A stretch of 64,000 bases of DNA, taken from the NCBI GenBank assembly GCA_050633305.1, contig JBOEGF010000010.1, forward strand, positions 320,001-384,000, in the 5' to 3' direction. This DNA is from Nannocystales bacterium (GTDB lineage Bacteria > Myxococcota_A > Polyangia > Nannocystales > Nannocystaceae). The position numbers were made by a program, and so were the translations under genes. The notes beneath the pieces are model-generated. The model was not told where the DNA came from. It did not search any database and saw nothing but the letters and a program-made list of their open reading frames with translations. This document shows, one piece after another, positions 27,267 to 35,762 of this stretch; within the stretch, counting starts at the first letter, position 1; every line of letters starts with the position of its first letter.

Positions 27267-28766
27267 ATGTCTTCTCGGCTTCCCTTCACGGTTTCCATCC
27301 GCATCGCGGCGCTCTTGCTCGCACCCGTCGCCGGTTGCACGCTCGCAGTGGGCGAGCCCGAGGTCTGCGATGCCGACCTCGAGTGCGTCACCGGATTCGG
27401 CTTTGGCTCTGTTTGCCAGTCCGACGGCTTCTGTTCGGCGCCACCCGAGATCCCGGCACGGTGCGGCCGGACGTATCCCGACGACCTCCTCGACCAGCCA
27501 GCGGAATTCGCCGAGCACATCATCATCGGCTCGCTGTTTTCCTACGAAGCCCACAATGACACGCTTCAAGCAGCCGAGCTTGCGGTGCGTCAGGTAAACC
27601 AGAACGGGGGGCTGGAGGGACGTCGTTTTGGCATCGTGCACTGCGACTACGAGGCCGAGGCGGGCGACAACCTCGATGACATCGAGGCGGTTGAAATGCT
27701 GGCTCCGTACCTCGCCGATACCCTTGGCACGCCTGTGATCGTCGGACCGCGAGGGTCCTCGCGTACGGAGGCCACGTTCAACGCGGTCCGCGACCTCGAT
27801 ACCGTGGTCATCTCCCCGTCGGCGACCTCGCCGGCATTGACGGCGCTCGATGGCGGCAACGGTAGCGACGCGTCGCCGGGGCTGCTTTGGCGAACGGCGC
27901 CGCCTGATTCGCTGCAAAGCCGCGTCATCGCGTCCACGATGCTCGACAGTGGGGTCGCGAACGTTGCGGTCATCTTCCAGCAAGGCGCCTACGGCGAGGC
28001 CTTGGCCGCTTTGTTCCAAGCTGACTTCCTCGCGAATGGCGGCAACAACGTCGAGTCCTTTCCGTTCGAGGCGGGCAACGACTTCTCGACCAGCGTGGCG
28101 ACGGTCTCCACCGGAATCACGGCTGGGGAGATCGACGAAGTTCTCTTCATCTCATCCGACCGCGCCGACTACGTGTCGTTCTTGTTGTCCGTCACGGCAA
28201 CTGATGCTCTGCGGACCGCGTTCACGGAGACGTTGGGCGCCGACGACCGTGGACTCTTCTTCGCGGACACAGCCTACTCGGCGGACATGCTCACCGATAC
28301 CGTGGGCAACGCCGAGGCGTTGTTTGGCAAGATCCGTGGAACACGCCCCGCACCCGCGGAAGGGGCGTTGTTCGACGCATTCGCAGCGGCCTACGTCTCG
28401 ACATACGTCGAAGACTCCACAGGCTCAGCTTACACGCCGCACGCCTACGACGCGGCATGGATGAGCATCTACGGCATCGCCTGGGCGACGTTCAACGAGT
28501 CGGAGGTCAACGGAACAACCGTTGCACGCGGTCTTCGCAAGATGTCCGGTGGGACCGACTACGACATCACGCCCACCACGTGGACGAGTGTCGTCAACGA
28601 GTTCCGCTCTGGGTCTTCCGTCAATGTGACGGGTGCATCGGGAACCCTCGACTACGATTCAACCACTGAGGAGACCACCGCGCCGATCGAAACCTGGGTC
28701 GTGGTGGTGAACGAGGATGAGCAGAGCGGGTACGGGTTCGAGCGCGCGGCGCTGACTCAACCGTAG
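27267..28766 (+). CDS. Lipoprotein with a Cys-rich N-domain and a type I periplasmic-binding (LivJ/LivK-like) domain
   Basis: AAGGAG RBS, lipobox PVAG-C, AAELAVRQVNQNGG, ISPSATSPALT, WRTAPPDSLQ, HAYDA and GASGTLDYD. Confidence 0.85.
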   Translation: MSSRLPFTVSIRIAALLLAPVAGCTLAVGEPEVCDADLECVTGFGFGSVCQSDGFCSAPPEIPARCGRTYPDDLLDQPAEFAEHIIIGSLFSYEAHNDTLQAAELAVRQVNQNGGLEGRRFGIVHCDYEAEAGDNLDDIEAVEMLAPYLADTLGTPVIVGPRGSSRTEATFNAVRDLDTVVISPSATSPALTALDGGNGSDASPGLLWRTAPPDSLQSRVIASTMLDSGVANVAVIFQQGAYGEALAALFQADFLANGGNNVESFPFEAGNDFSTSVATVSTGITAGEIDEVLFISSDRADYVSFLLSVTATDALRTAFTETLGADDRGLFFADTAYSADMLTDTVGNAEALFGKIRGTRPAPAEGALFDAFAAAYVSTYVEDSTGSAYTPHAYDAAWMSIYGIAWATFNESEVNGTTVARGLRKMSGGTDYDITPTTWTSVVNEFRSGSSVNVTGASGTLDYDSTTEETTAPIETWVVVVNEDEQSGYGFERAALTQP

Positions 28767-28780
28767 TGAGCCCATCGGAG

Positions 28781-28807
28781 CCCCGCCCGCCGACGAAGCG
28801 GGTGGGG
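28781..28807. terminator. GC-rich hairpin between convergent genes
   Basis: CCCCGCCCGC-N7-GCGGGTGGGG, with no U-tract. Confidence 0.4.
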
Positions 28808-28855
28808 GGGGCGGACCGCGCGATGCCGGCTCCACCGCACCTTCACGGCGCCCTC

Positions 28856-29743
28856 TTAGAGTTCCATCAGGAGCTGCTGCGCAGGGACGTCACCATACTG
28901 GACGGCCTTCTGCAGATGGGTTCGTGCCTTGGCTCTTCGGCCCAGGGCCATGTACGCCTGTGCGAGGAGACGGCGGTTGTCGGCCTTGCGAGGCTCGATC
29001 TCTACGGCAGATCGCAAGTGGTTGAGAGCTCTGCGGGGTTGATTCCGGCGCAGCGCGATCTTGCCGAGCCCAGCGTGTGCCATTCGGTTCTTCGGTTGCG
29101 CGGCGAGGGCTCGTTCGAACATTTTTTGCGCCGTAGCGTTGTTGCCGTCCTTGAGTTGACGGTTGCCGATCGTCGCCCACTTTCGAGCCGAAGCACGGTT
29201 GTCGGGTGCTTCCTCGACCGGAGCGACGACGGCCACCGGCTCGGGCTCATCCACCTCGGCTCGAAGCACGACGGCTGCGGCCGGTTGGGGTACAGCCGCG
29301 GGTTCGGCACTGGCACTGGTGGGAGCGAGGCTCCAACCGAGCAATATGACAGCGACACTTGCGGCCGCTGCCGTTCCCATGATCCAGCCGAACGAGCGAC
29401 GCCGCGGCTGCCAGGTCACGAGCGAGTCAGAGGGGGTGGGAGCGCTCGTTGACAACGCTGCAACCGCGGCCGCGGCTGGACTCGGGTTCGTAGCGCGAGG
29501 CTCCAGACATGGAACGGGCTCTGCGACTCGGGTTGCGACCGCCGAGTGGGTTGGGTCGAGCGGCTGCGTCGGTCGCGGTTGGGCCTGGAGCACGGGGTGA
29601 GGCTCGGGCTGCGGCTCGTGTTCAACCTCCATGATCGCCGACAGCTCCAACAGCGGAATCGAGTCAGCGGGTCCCCATTCGTCTTCGATTGGAAGCACGT
29701 CCGACTCCGACAACTCGATCGCGGTTGGCTTGAGCGCTGTCAT
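28856..29743 (-). CDS. Single-pass membrane protein with C-terminal TPRs
   Basis: Pro-rich N-terminus, TM FGWIMGTAAAASVAVILLGW, and TPR motifs (AQKMFERALAAQPKN, ALNHLRSAVEIEP). Confidence 0.8.
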   Translation of the reverse strand: MTALKPTAIELSESDVLPIEDEWGPADSIPLLELSAIMEVEHEPQPEPHPVLQAQPRPTQPLDPTHSAVATRVAEPVPCLEPRATNPSPAAAAVAALSTSAPTPSDSLVTWQPRRRSFGWIMGTAAAASVAVILLGWSLAPTSASAEPAAVPQPAAAVVLRAEVDEPEPVAVVAPVEEAPDNRASARKWATIGNRQLKDGNNATAQKMFERALAAQPKNRMAHAGLGKIALRRNQPRRALNHLRSAVEIEPRKADNRRLLAQAYMALGRRAKARTHLQKAVQYGDVPAQQLLMEL

Positions 29744-29875
29744 CCCCAATGCTTTAGCATTGGATCTGCGCGTGCTGCAAATTACAAAAATGCTACGGTG
29801 TGAAAGGGTGATATCGCGCATGGGCGGAGTGTCGTGTCGCCCGCGTCGACCGGCCGGATCTGCTTCGAAGCCCCG

Positions 29876-30331
29876 CTAGCCAAGCTGAGGGGGAGCATCA
29901 GCGGGAGTGGGTGGTCCGCGCAACGCCGTGATGAGGACGCCCACGAGATCGGACTCGGTGACGATCCCAACGAGAGCATCACCATCGATCACCGGAAGGC
30001 ATCCGATCTTGCGACCGTGCATCAAGTTCGCGGCTTCGAGCAAGGGGGTCGTGGGCGTGACGACGCGGATGTCACAACTCATGATCTCACCGATCGCGAT
30101 CTGACGCCGATACACCCTTGCGTCGTTCTCGTCGAGGCCGGCCAAGCAACTCGCCGCAGCCGAGAGCAGGTCGCGGTCCGAAACAATGCCGACAAGCTCG
30201 CCGTTGTCACCGAGCACGGGAAGGTGGCGGACCTCGATGGTCTTCATCAGTTGGTCGGCCAAGCTCACCGTCTCCTTCGCGATGAGGGTGACCAGCTCCG
30301 TCGACATCACATCACGAACGAGTATCGCCAC
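29876..30331 (-). CDS. CBS-domain pair protein
   Basis: VRDVMS, RHLPV...LVGIVSDRDL and KIGCLPV...LVGIVTESDL. Confidence 0.9.
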   Translation of the reverse strand: MAILVRDVMSTELVTLIAKETVSLADQLMKTIEVRHLPVLGDNGELVGIVSDRDLLSAAASCLAGLDENDARVYRRQIAIGEIMSCDIRVVTPTTPLLEAANLMHGRKIGCLPVIDGDALVGIVTESDLVGVLITALRGPPTPADAPPQLG

Positions 30332-30427
30332 GTCGATCAGCCTCCCCGCGACCGCGACCCGCTGCAAGCGCCGTTCTTGCCGGCTGCTCGCCGACGAGCG
30401 AGCAAACCGTGCTGCCGACCTTGCCGA

Positions 30428-31354
30428 CTAGGGGACGAGTCGGCAGACGCCGACGTGTTCGTAGCCGGCTGGGGCTTGGTCCTCTTCGTAGAACGGCTGG
30501 CAGACCTGCCCTTCGTCCGGACAGACGTCGGCGATATCGAGGGTGTGGTCGCACAGTTGTGCACAGCAACCTCCGCCTTCACCGCCATCGCATCCGGAGA
30601 CCCCAAGCCCCTCGGCGGGGAGACACGTCGTCAGACCCGCGCAAGCGGCGAGCGGCGCGCCCTCGAGCGAGCACTCGTCACCGTATGTCGGACTAGTGCC
30701 GTCGTCTTGGGGGAAACAGCTCCATGGGTCTCCTGCGACTACGGGTTCACACTCCTGCGCGGAGCCCAGCGAGTTCGGACACGCCGGACCGAACGGATCG
30801 CATTCCTGCGACCCGATGCCGCCCAGACCTTGGCACAGGCACTCGCACGGGCCGGGGTCCGAGTCGTCGTAGTGGCACTCGAAGTAGTCCTGGAAGCCAT
30901 CGCCGCAGGGCGTTGGGCCCGAGAACCACTCGTACGTGCCGTCCTCCAGCTCGCGCGTGAAGACGGAAGTGTCCTCAACGCAAGAAGACGTCGTGGCACA
31001 GCCGTCGCCGATGTATTCGGATGCGACGCACCGTCCGACTGGCGCGCCTTCGAGATCGCAGGTGGCGTCGGTGGTGTGCATGTCCACCCACAGACAGCTT
31101 GATTCGAAGTCGCCGGGCACCGCCGCACATGCAGCAGCGTCGGTCGCGGCTGCACAGACGGCCGGCTCGCCCCCCGAGGAGGACGCTTCGCCTGTCGGCT
31201 CAAATCCGCCGCTGGATGTGCCGGCTACGCCTCCGGAGGTCTCCTCTCCCACGGTCGAGCCGAGCTCCGTCGACTCGGGATCGCAGCCGAAGAGAGGGAC
31301 GGCGAAAAGCAGGGACGCAGCCGATACAAGCCAGTTGGTCATCAACGTCTTCAT
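30428..31354 (-). CDS. Cys-rich lipoprotein
   Basis: Lipobox PLFG-C, Ser/Thr/Gly linker, many Cys residues, ending GCCAQLCD...CQPFY...VGVC. Confidence 0.8.
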   Translation of the reverse strand: MKTLMTNWLVSAASLLFAVPLFGCDPESTELGSTVGEETSGGVAGTSSGGFEPTGEASSSGGEPAVCAAATDAAACAAVPGDFESSCLWVDMHTTDATCDLEGAPVGRCVASEYIGDGCATTSSCVEDTSVFTRELEDGTYEWFSGPTPCGDGFQDYFECHYDDSDPGPCECLCQGLGGIGSQECDPFGPACPNSLGSAQECEPVVAGDPWSCFPQDDGTSPTYGDECSLEGAPLAACAGLTTCLPAEGLGVSGCDGGEGGGCCAQLCDHTLDIADVCPDEGQVCQPFYEEDQAPAGYEHVGVCRLVP

Positions 31355-31386
31355 GCCCGCTTCGTCTCCACAACGGTGCTCGTCTG

Positions 31387-32631
31387 TCATTCTCGACCAG
31401 GAGTTTCTTCGAGGTCGCACGCGAGGCGGACCTGGCCGGCCAGCGTTGCGTTGGGGTGCGCCTTCACGAAGATTCGCCCACGACCCCGGCCCTGGGTGTT
31501 CTTACCAAGCCGGCACAACGCGATCGCCCGATACGCGCGGCGCTCGACCGCGAGTTCGCCGTGGGGGAAGCGTGAAGCGTGCCGATCCAGGGTCGCGAGT
31601 ACGTCCGAAGGCTGGCCTGCCTCGAGACCTCGACGAACGGCGCCGATGAGGGTGACCTCCTCGCGAAGGGAGTCCGTGGGCGGGATTTCGAAGCTGCGCT
31701 TGGACCGTCGGTTCACGGACTCGATGGACGCAGGCGCGGGGGGATCTTCGGGCTGCGGCGGCACTTCGGGCAATGCAACCTGCGGCGAAGGAGCTGTGGG
31801 TGGAACGGGGGGGGCATCCGAAGTTGGACTTTCGGGCACCGTGACCTGGGCGAGCGGTGGTTCGTCCGGCGTCAGCGCACGGGCTCCGAGGACCCCAACG
31901 AAACCCAACGCAGTGATGGCCGCGGCGCCCTTCCAGAGGCTGGCGAGGATCACTGGCGTGGCGTTCATTCGAAGCGCCAACAGAGCCGCAACCCGTCGGG
32001 TTGTTCGGTCGGAGGGCTGCGTCTGACGCCGCGCAGCCTCGTAGACTCGGGCATCGTCGTCGACCCCCAGCGCCTTCAGCCGGCTCCGAAGGACTCGCCG
32101 CCCCGCCTTGATCCGCGAGTAGGCGGTGTCGACCGGGAGCTCCAGCATCTCCGCGATCTGCGGGCCGCTCATACCCTCGAGCACGTACAACACCACGGCG
32201 GTACGTTTGTCGTCATCGAGTTCGCTGAGTGCGTGCAGAACCACGGTTGCGGCACGCTTGTGCTCGAACAACTCCTCGAGGTTTTCGACTCGTGGTGGTT
32301 CAAGGGCGAGCGCGTTGGCCTTGCGTTGGGCTCGTTGCGCATCTCGGCGGTGTCGAAAGGCGACCCGGCGCGCGATCGAGAACAGCCACGTCCGTAGCTG
32401 GCTACGGCCCTCGAAGGAATCGAGGCGCCGGAACACGACCAAGAAGACGTCCTGGCATGCATCGTCCAGGCTGGCCGAGGGGACGCCCAGCCGAGCGAGA
32501 CTGGACCAGACGAAGCCATGGTGTTCCCGGTAGATCGCCTCCAGCCGGGGTTCGAGCGCAGCGGGGACCGCAGCCTCTGCCATTGTCATCGCCACGCTGG
32601 GTTGGTCTCCAGCAGGCCCTACTTCCGTCAC
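31387..32631 (-). CDS. ECF sigma factor fused to a TM helix, Pro-rich linker and TPR-like domain
   Basis: sigma2 DDACQDVFLVV...FEGRSQLRTWLFSIARR and sigma4 EGMSGPQIAEMLELPVDTAYSRI, then TM, then LREEVTLI...RFPHGELAVER...ALCRLG. Confidence 0.88.
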   Translation of the reverse strand: MTEVGPAGDQPSVAMTMAEAAVPAALEPRLEAIYREHHGFVWSSLARLGVPSASLDDACQDVFLVVFRRLDSFEGRSQLRTWLFSIARRVAFRHRRDAQRAQRKANALALEPPRVENLEELFEHKRAATVVLHALSELDDDKRTAVVLYVLEGMSGPQIAEMLELPVDTAYSRIKAGRRVLRSRLKALGVDDDARVYEAARRQTQPSDRTTRRVAALLALRMNATPVILASLWKGAAAITALGFVGVLGARALTPDEPPLAQVTVPESPTSDAPPVPPTAPSPQVALPEVPPQPEDPPAPASIESVNRRSKRSFEIPPTDSLREEVTLIGAVRRGLEAGQPSDVLATLDRHASRFPHGELAVERRAYRAIALCRLGKNTQGRGRGRIFVKAHPNATLAGQVRLACDLEETPGRE

Positions 32632-32637
32632 GGCCCG

Positions 32638-33645
32638 CTAGAAAAAGCGTACCTCGACGCCCAAAGCGACGCGTAGCGCCCCTGGGCCGGCCTCGAACAG
32701 GGTCGTGAGGCCACGGACATGGAACAGCGGCCGGCGCAGGGAGATGGCACCTCCAGCACCTGCGCGAAGTGCGAGGCGGGGAATCGGCGCGAAGACGACC
32801 GAAGCGTCGGCGGTCGCGGCAGCGAAGAGTGAGCGGCCGGAGCCGGGACTCTCCACGCCATCGGCGCGGCCGCGGAGGCTGCCGAGCTCGGCCCCCGCAC
32901 AAAGTGGGAACGACAGCCGCCGCTGCCTCGGGACCCAGCATCCGACCGCCCCGGCGGTCCACAGGTCGAACGTGCCACCCACCGAGCCGTCGTCGGGGTA
33001 GCGGCGCGGCTGAGGGGCAACGTAGGTTCCGCGGAGCTCGGTCCGCCACCCGTCGGCCGAGATCGCGAGCGCGCCGGACGGTCCCCCGCCGACGATCTCC
33101 GGCAACAACCGCAGCATCTGTACAACGCCGTCCGCACGGACGACGAGTTGGACCGGCCGTTGTCGCTGCGTCTCGGGCCTGGCGTCTGTCACAGGTTCGA
33201 CCCGGGCCGGTGGTCCATGCGAGGTCCGCGGTTCGGGCTCGGGCAACGCCTCGGGTTCAGGTTCGAGTTCGGGCGCAGGTTCCGGTTCCGGCTCCGGCTC
33301 GGGAATCAGGGGCTCGGTTGCCTGAGCAGGATCTGCTGCGACTGCGAGCAGCAACCCGGCGGTCTCTCCAAGTGACGCGCACGAGTTGCTTTCGATGGTC
33401 CGAGACTCTCGCCCTCCCGCGCCGCTGACGTGTAGCTCCAGGCGGTAGCCGCCGGGGCTGTGCGTCACCGTTCCTTGTGCCTCGACCGGCGAGCGCTCGT
33501 CTTCGGCCTGCCGTTGGAACGCGTCGGACACGTCGTCTGCGTTGGGGCAGCCCTCGGGCGCATCCCATCTCAGGCTGAGCCCTTCGGGAGAAGGCGCCAC
33601 GATCGCGAGCAGCGACGAGACCAGCGTCTGAAAGCCGACGAACAC
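32638..33645 (-). CDS. Exported protein with a probable C-terminal outer-membrane beta-barrel
   Basis: Signal-like N-terminus, WDAPEGCP domain, (PE)n linker and Gly-rich amphipathic strands ending LGVEVRFF. Confidence 0.72.
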   Translation of the reverse strand: MFVGFQTLVSSLLAIVAPSPEGLSLRWDAPEGCPNADDVSDAFQRQAEDERSPVEAQGTVTHSPGGYRLELHVSGAGGRESRTIESNSCASLGETAGLLLAVAADPAQATEPLIPEPEPEPEPAPELEPEPEALPEPEPRTSHGPPARVEPVTDARPETQRQRPVQLVVRADGVVQMLRLLPEIVGGGPSGALAISADGWRTELRGTYVAPQPRRYPDDGSVGGTFDLWTAGAVGCWVPRQRRLSFPLCAGAELGSLRGRADGVESPGSGRSLFAAATADASVVFAPIPRLALRAGAGGAISLRRPLFHVRGLTTLFEAGPGALRVALGVEVRFF

Positions 33646-33694
33646 TTCGCGCAGCGTAGTAGCACGAGCGCGGCGTCTTTCTCCTCCGCGACTC

Positions 33695-34546
33695 TCAGGC
33701 CCAGATCTGCAGCTGCCGAACGTAGGTGTCGCTCAGCTCGTGCTCCCGGCCGAGCAGGTCGAAGATGGTGAGCATGGCTTTACGGGCCGCGGCGTCGGCG
33801 TGGCGATTGTCCTGCTTCACGACTTCGAGCAAGACCTCGAGTGCACGTTCCCATTCTCTGTCGAGGGCCAGGTTGCAACCCAAGGCGTATCGTAGGTCGA
33901 GATCATCGGGGGCTTGGCTCACCTTGGCTTCGACCGCGACCGTGTCGCCGTGTTCGTTCCGCGTGTCCCAGAACACGAGGGCCCGGACGAGCGCGGCCGC
34001 TTTCGAGAAAAGCGGATCGTCTTGCGCAATTGCATCCGCGTGGTGCTCGACAAACGCACGCTCTGCGTTTGTGAATGCGATGTTGGCGAGTAGCCAGTGG
34101 GCGCGTGGGTGCTCGGGCCGTTCGTCGAGTGCCTGCCGCAGAAGACCCCGGGCACTCGTGTTGTCGGTTCCGAGCTTTGCCTGCGCCTCCTCGACGAGGT
34201 CGTCGGCCGCGCTCGGCAAGTGGGTGTCGAGGAACTTGCGGACTTCGGAGTGCCGTAGCGCGCCGGTGAACTCCCCAACCGCCGCTCCGCCAACAAACAG
34301 CTTGACGGCGGGGATGCTGCGAACCGCGTAGCGCTGTCCAAGCGAGGGGTGGGCCTCGGTGTTGGCCTTGGCGAGGACGAACGCGCCGTCCATCTGCTGC
34401 GTGAGTTCTTCGAGGACCGGGGTCAGTGTGCGGCATGGGCCACACCAGGGGGCCCAGAAGTCCACGAGCACTGGCGTTTCGTGGCTTCGCTCGAGGACGT
34501 CGGCGTCGAACGAATCGGCGGTGAGCTCGATGATCTCGGCGGGCAT
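33695..34546 (-). CDS. Thioredoxin-TPR chaperedoxin (CnoX/YbbN-like)
   Basis: VLVDFWAPWCGPC, VRSIP and a TPR C-terminus with ARKAMLTIFDLLG. Confidence 0.9.
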   Translation of the reverse strand: MPAEIIELTADSFDADVLERSHETPVLVDFWAPWCGPCRTLTPVLEELTQQMDGAFVLAKANTEAHPSLGQRYAVRSIPAVKLFVGGAAVGEFTGALRHSEVRKFLDTHLPSAADDLVEEAQAKLGTDNTSARGLLRQALDERPEHPRAHWLLANIAFTNAERAFVEHHADAIAQDDPLFSKAAALVRALVFWDTRNEHGDTVAVEAKVSQAPDDLDLRYALGCNLALDREWERALEVLLEVVKQDNRHADAAARKAMLTIFDLLGREHELSDTYVRQLQIWA

Positions 34547-34593
34547 GGGCGGCAGCCTACGATCGTGGGCACGACCTGCTAAGGTCCGCCGAC

Positions 34594-35652
34594 GTGATCA
34601 CCTCCGACCTAAGAGCGCTGGGCTGGGACGACGAGTGGGCGAAGTGGCTCGCGGAGTCCGCGCTTGCCGGCTCCCCGGTGGGCCGCGTCGCACGCATGGA
34701 GACGCAGGTGGTGACGCTGTGGGGCGCAGGCGAGCCGGTCATCGCTCAGCTTCCGACCCGGCTCAAAGCGCCTGACGATCGTCCGGCCGTGGGTGACTGG
34801 ATCGCATTCTCCCCGGGGCCGCCAACCGCGAAGGTGAAGGATATCTTGCCGCGTCGGACGCTCTTCGAGCGACGAGCCGCAGGCCGAAAGACACAGCGTC
34901 AGGTCGTCGCTGCCAACGTCGACGTCGTGTTTGTCGTCAGCGGACTCGATGGCGACTTCAACCCGCGCCGCATCGAGCGGTACCTCGCCGCCGTCGCTCA
35001 CAGTGGCGCCCGCCCGGTCGTGTTGCTGACCAAGGCTGCCGCGCTCAGCGAAGCGGAACGCGAGAAGGTCACCGCCGAGGCCGACGCCGTCGCTGGCGGA
35101 GCGGTCGTGCACCTGATCGATGTGGTCGATGGTCTCGATGCGGACGCGGCCGCCCAGTATCTGGGCGTCGGGACCTCGGCCGCGTTGGTCGGCTCGTCGG
35201 GTGTAGGCAAGTCGACGTTGCTCAACCACTGGGCGGGCGAGGCCCGGCAAGAGACTCGCGAAGTTCGAGCGCGCGACGGTCGAGGCCAACACACGACGAC
35301 GCACCGGGAGCTGTTCGTTCTCGGCGGCGGTGCGCTCGTTATCGATACTCCCGGCATGCGAGAGCTTGCGTTGTGGGCAGACACCAACGCACTCGACGGT
35401 GCATTTCCCGACATCGTCTCGCTGGCGGAATCGTGTAGGTTCAGGGATTGCCGACATGGGTCGGAACCGGGTTGTGCGGTCGCAGAAGCGCTGGCTACGG
35501 GCTCTTTGGATGCGGCGAGGTTCGCCAGCTTCGTGTCACTTCGTGCCGAGGTTGAGGCGACCTCGGATGAGGTCCATGCCCAACGCCGTCGCGCGACCGC
35601 GCGAAAGCAAAAGGCTCCGCGTCGCTCCGGGTCCTGGTCTGGGCGTCGGTAG
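34594..35652 (+). CDS. rsgA: Ribosome small subunit-dependent GTPase A
   Basis: PAVGDW, AANVD, GSSGVGKST, GQHTTT, DTPGMRE and the Zn site CRFRDCRH...EPGCAV. Confidence 0.95.
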   Translation: MITSDLRALGWDDEWAKWLAESALAGSPVGRVARMETQVVTLWGAGEPVIAQLPTRLKAPDDRPAVGDWIAFSPGPPTAKVKDILPRRTLFERRAAGRKTQRQVVAANVDVVFVVSGLDGDFNPRRIERYLAAVAHSGARPVVLLTKAAALSEAEREKVTAEADAVAGGAVVHLIDVVDGLDADAAAQYLGVGTSAALVGSSGVGKSTLLNHWAGEARQETREVRARDGRGQHTTTHRELFVLGGGALVIDTPGMRELALWADTNALDGAFPDIVSLAESCRFRDCRHGSEPGCAVAEALATGSLDAARFASFVSLRAEVEATSDEVHAQRRRATARKQKAPRRSGSWSGRR

Positions 35653-35762
35653 CGCGAGTAATTCTCGGCGGTTGCAAAGAGTCGCTCTCGAGAAGCGAAG
35701 GATCCGGACGGATTCGCCATGCATACTTGCGCATGGTGGATGGCAGCGAGGGACGGGGAGGA

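Noticed and set aside
34565..34580. sigma54-like GGCACGACCTGCT before rsgA
   Set aside because: GG-to-GC spacing is at most 9 nt rather than the required 10.
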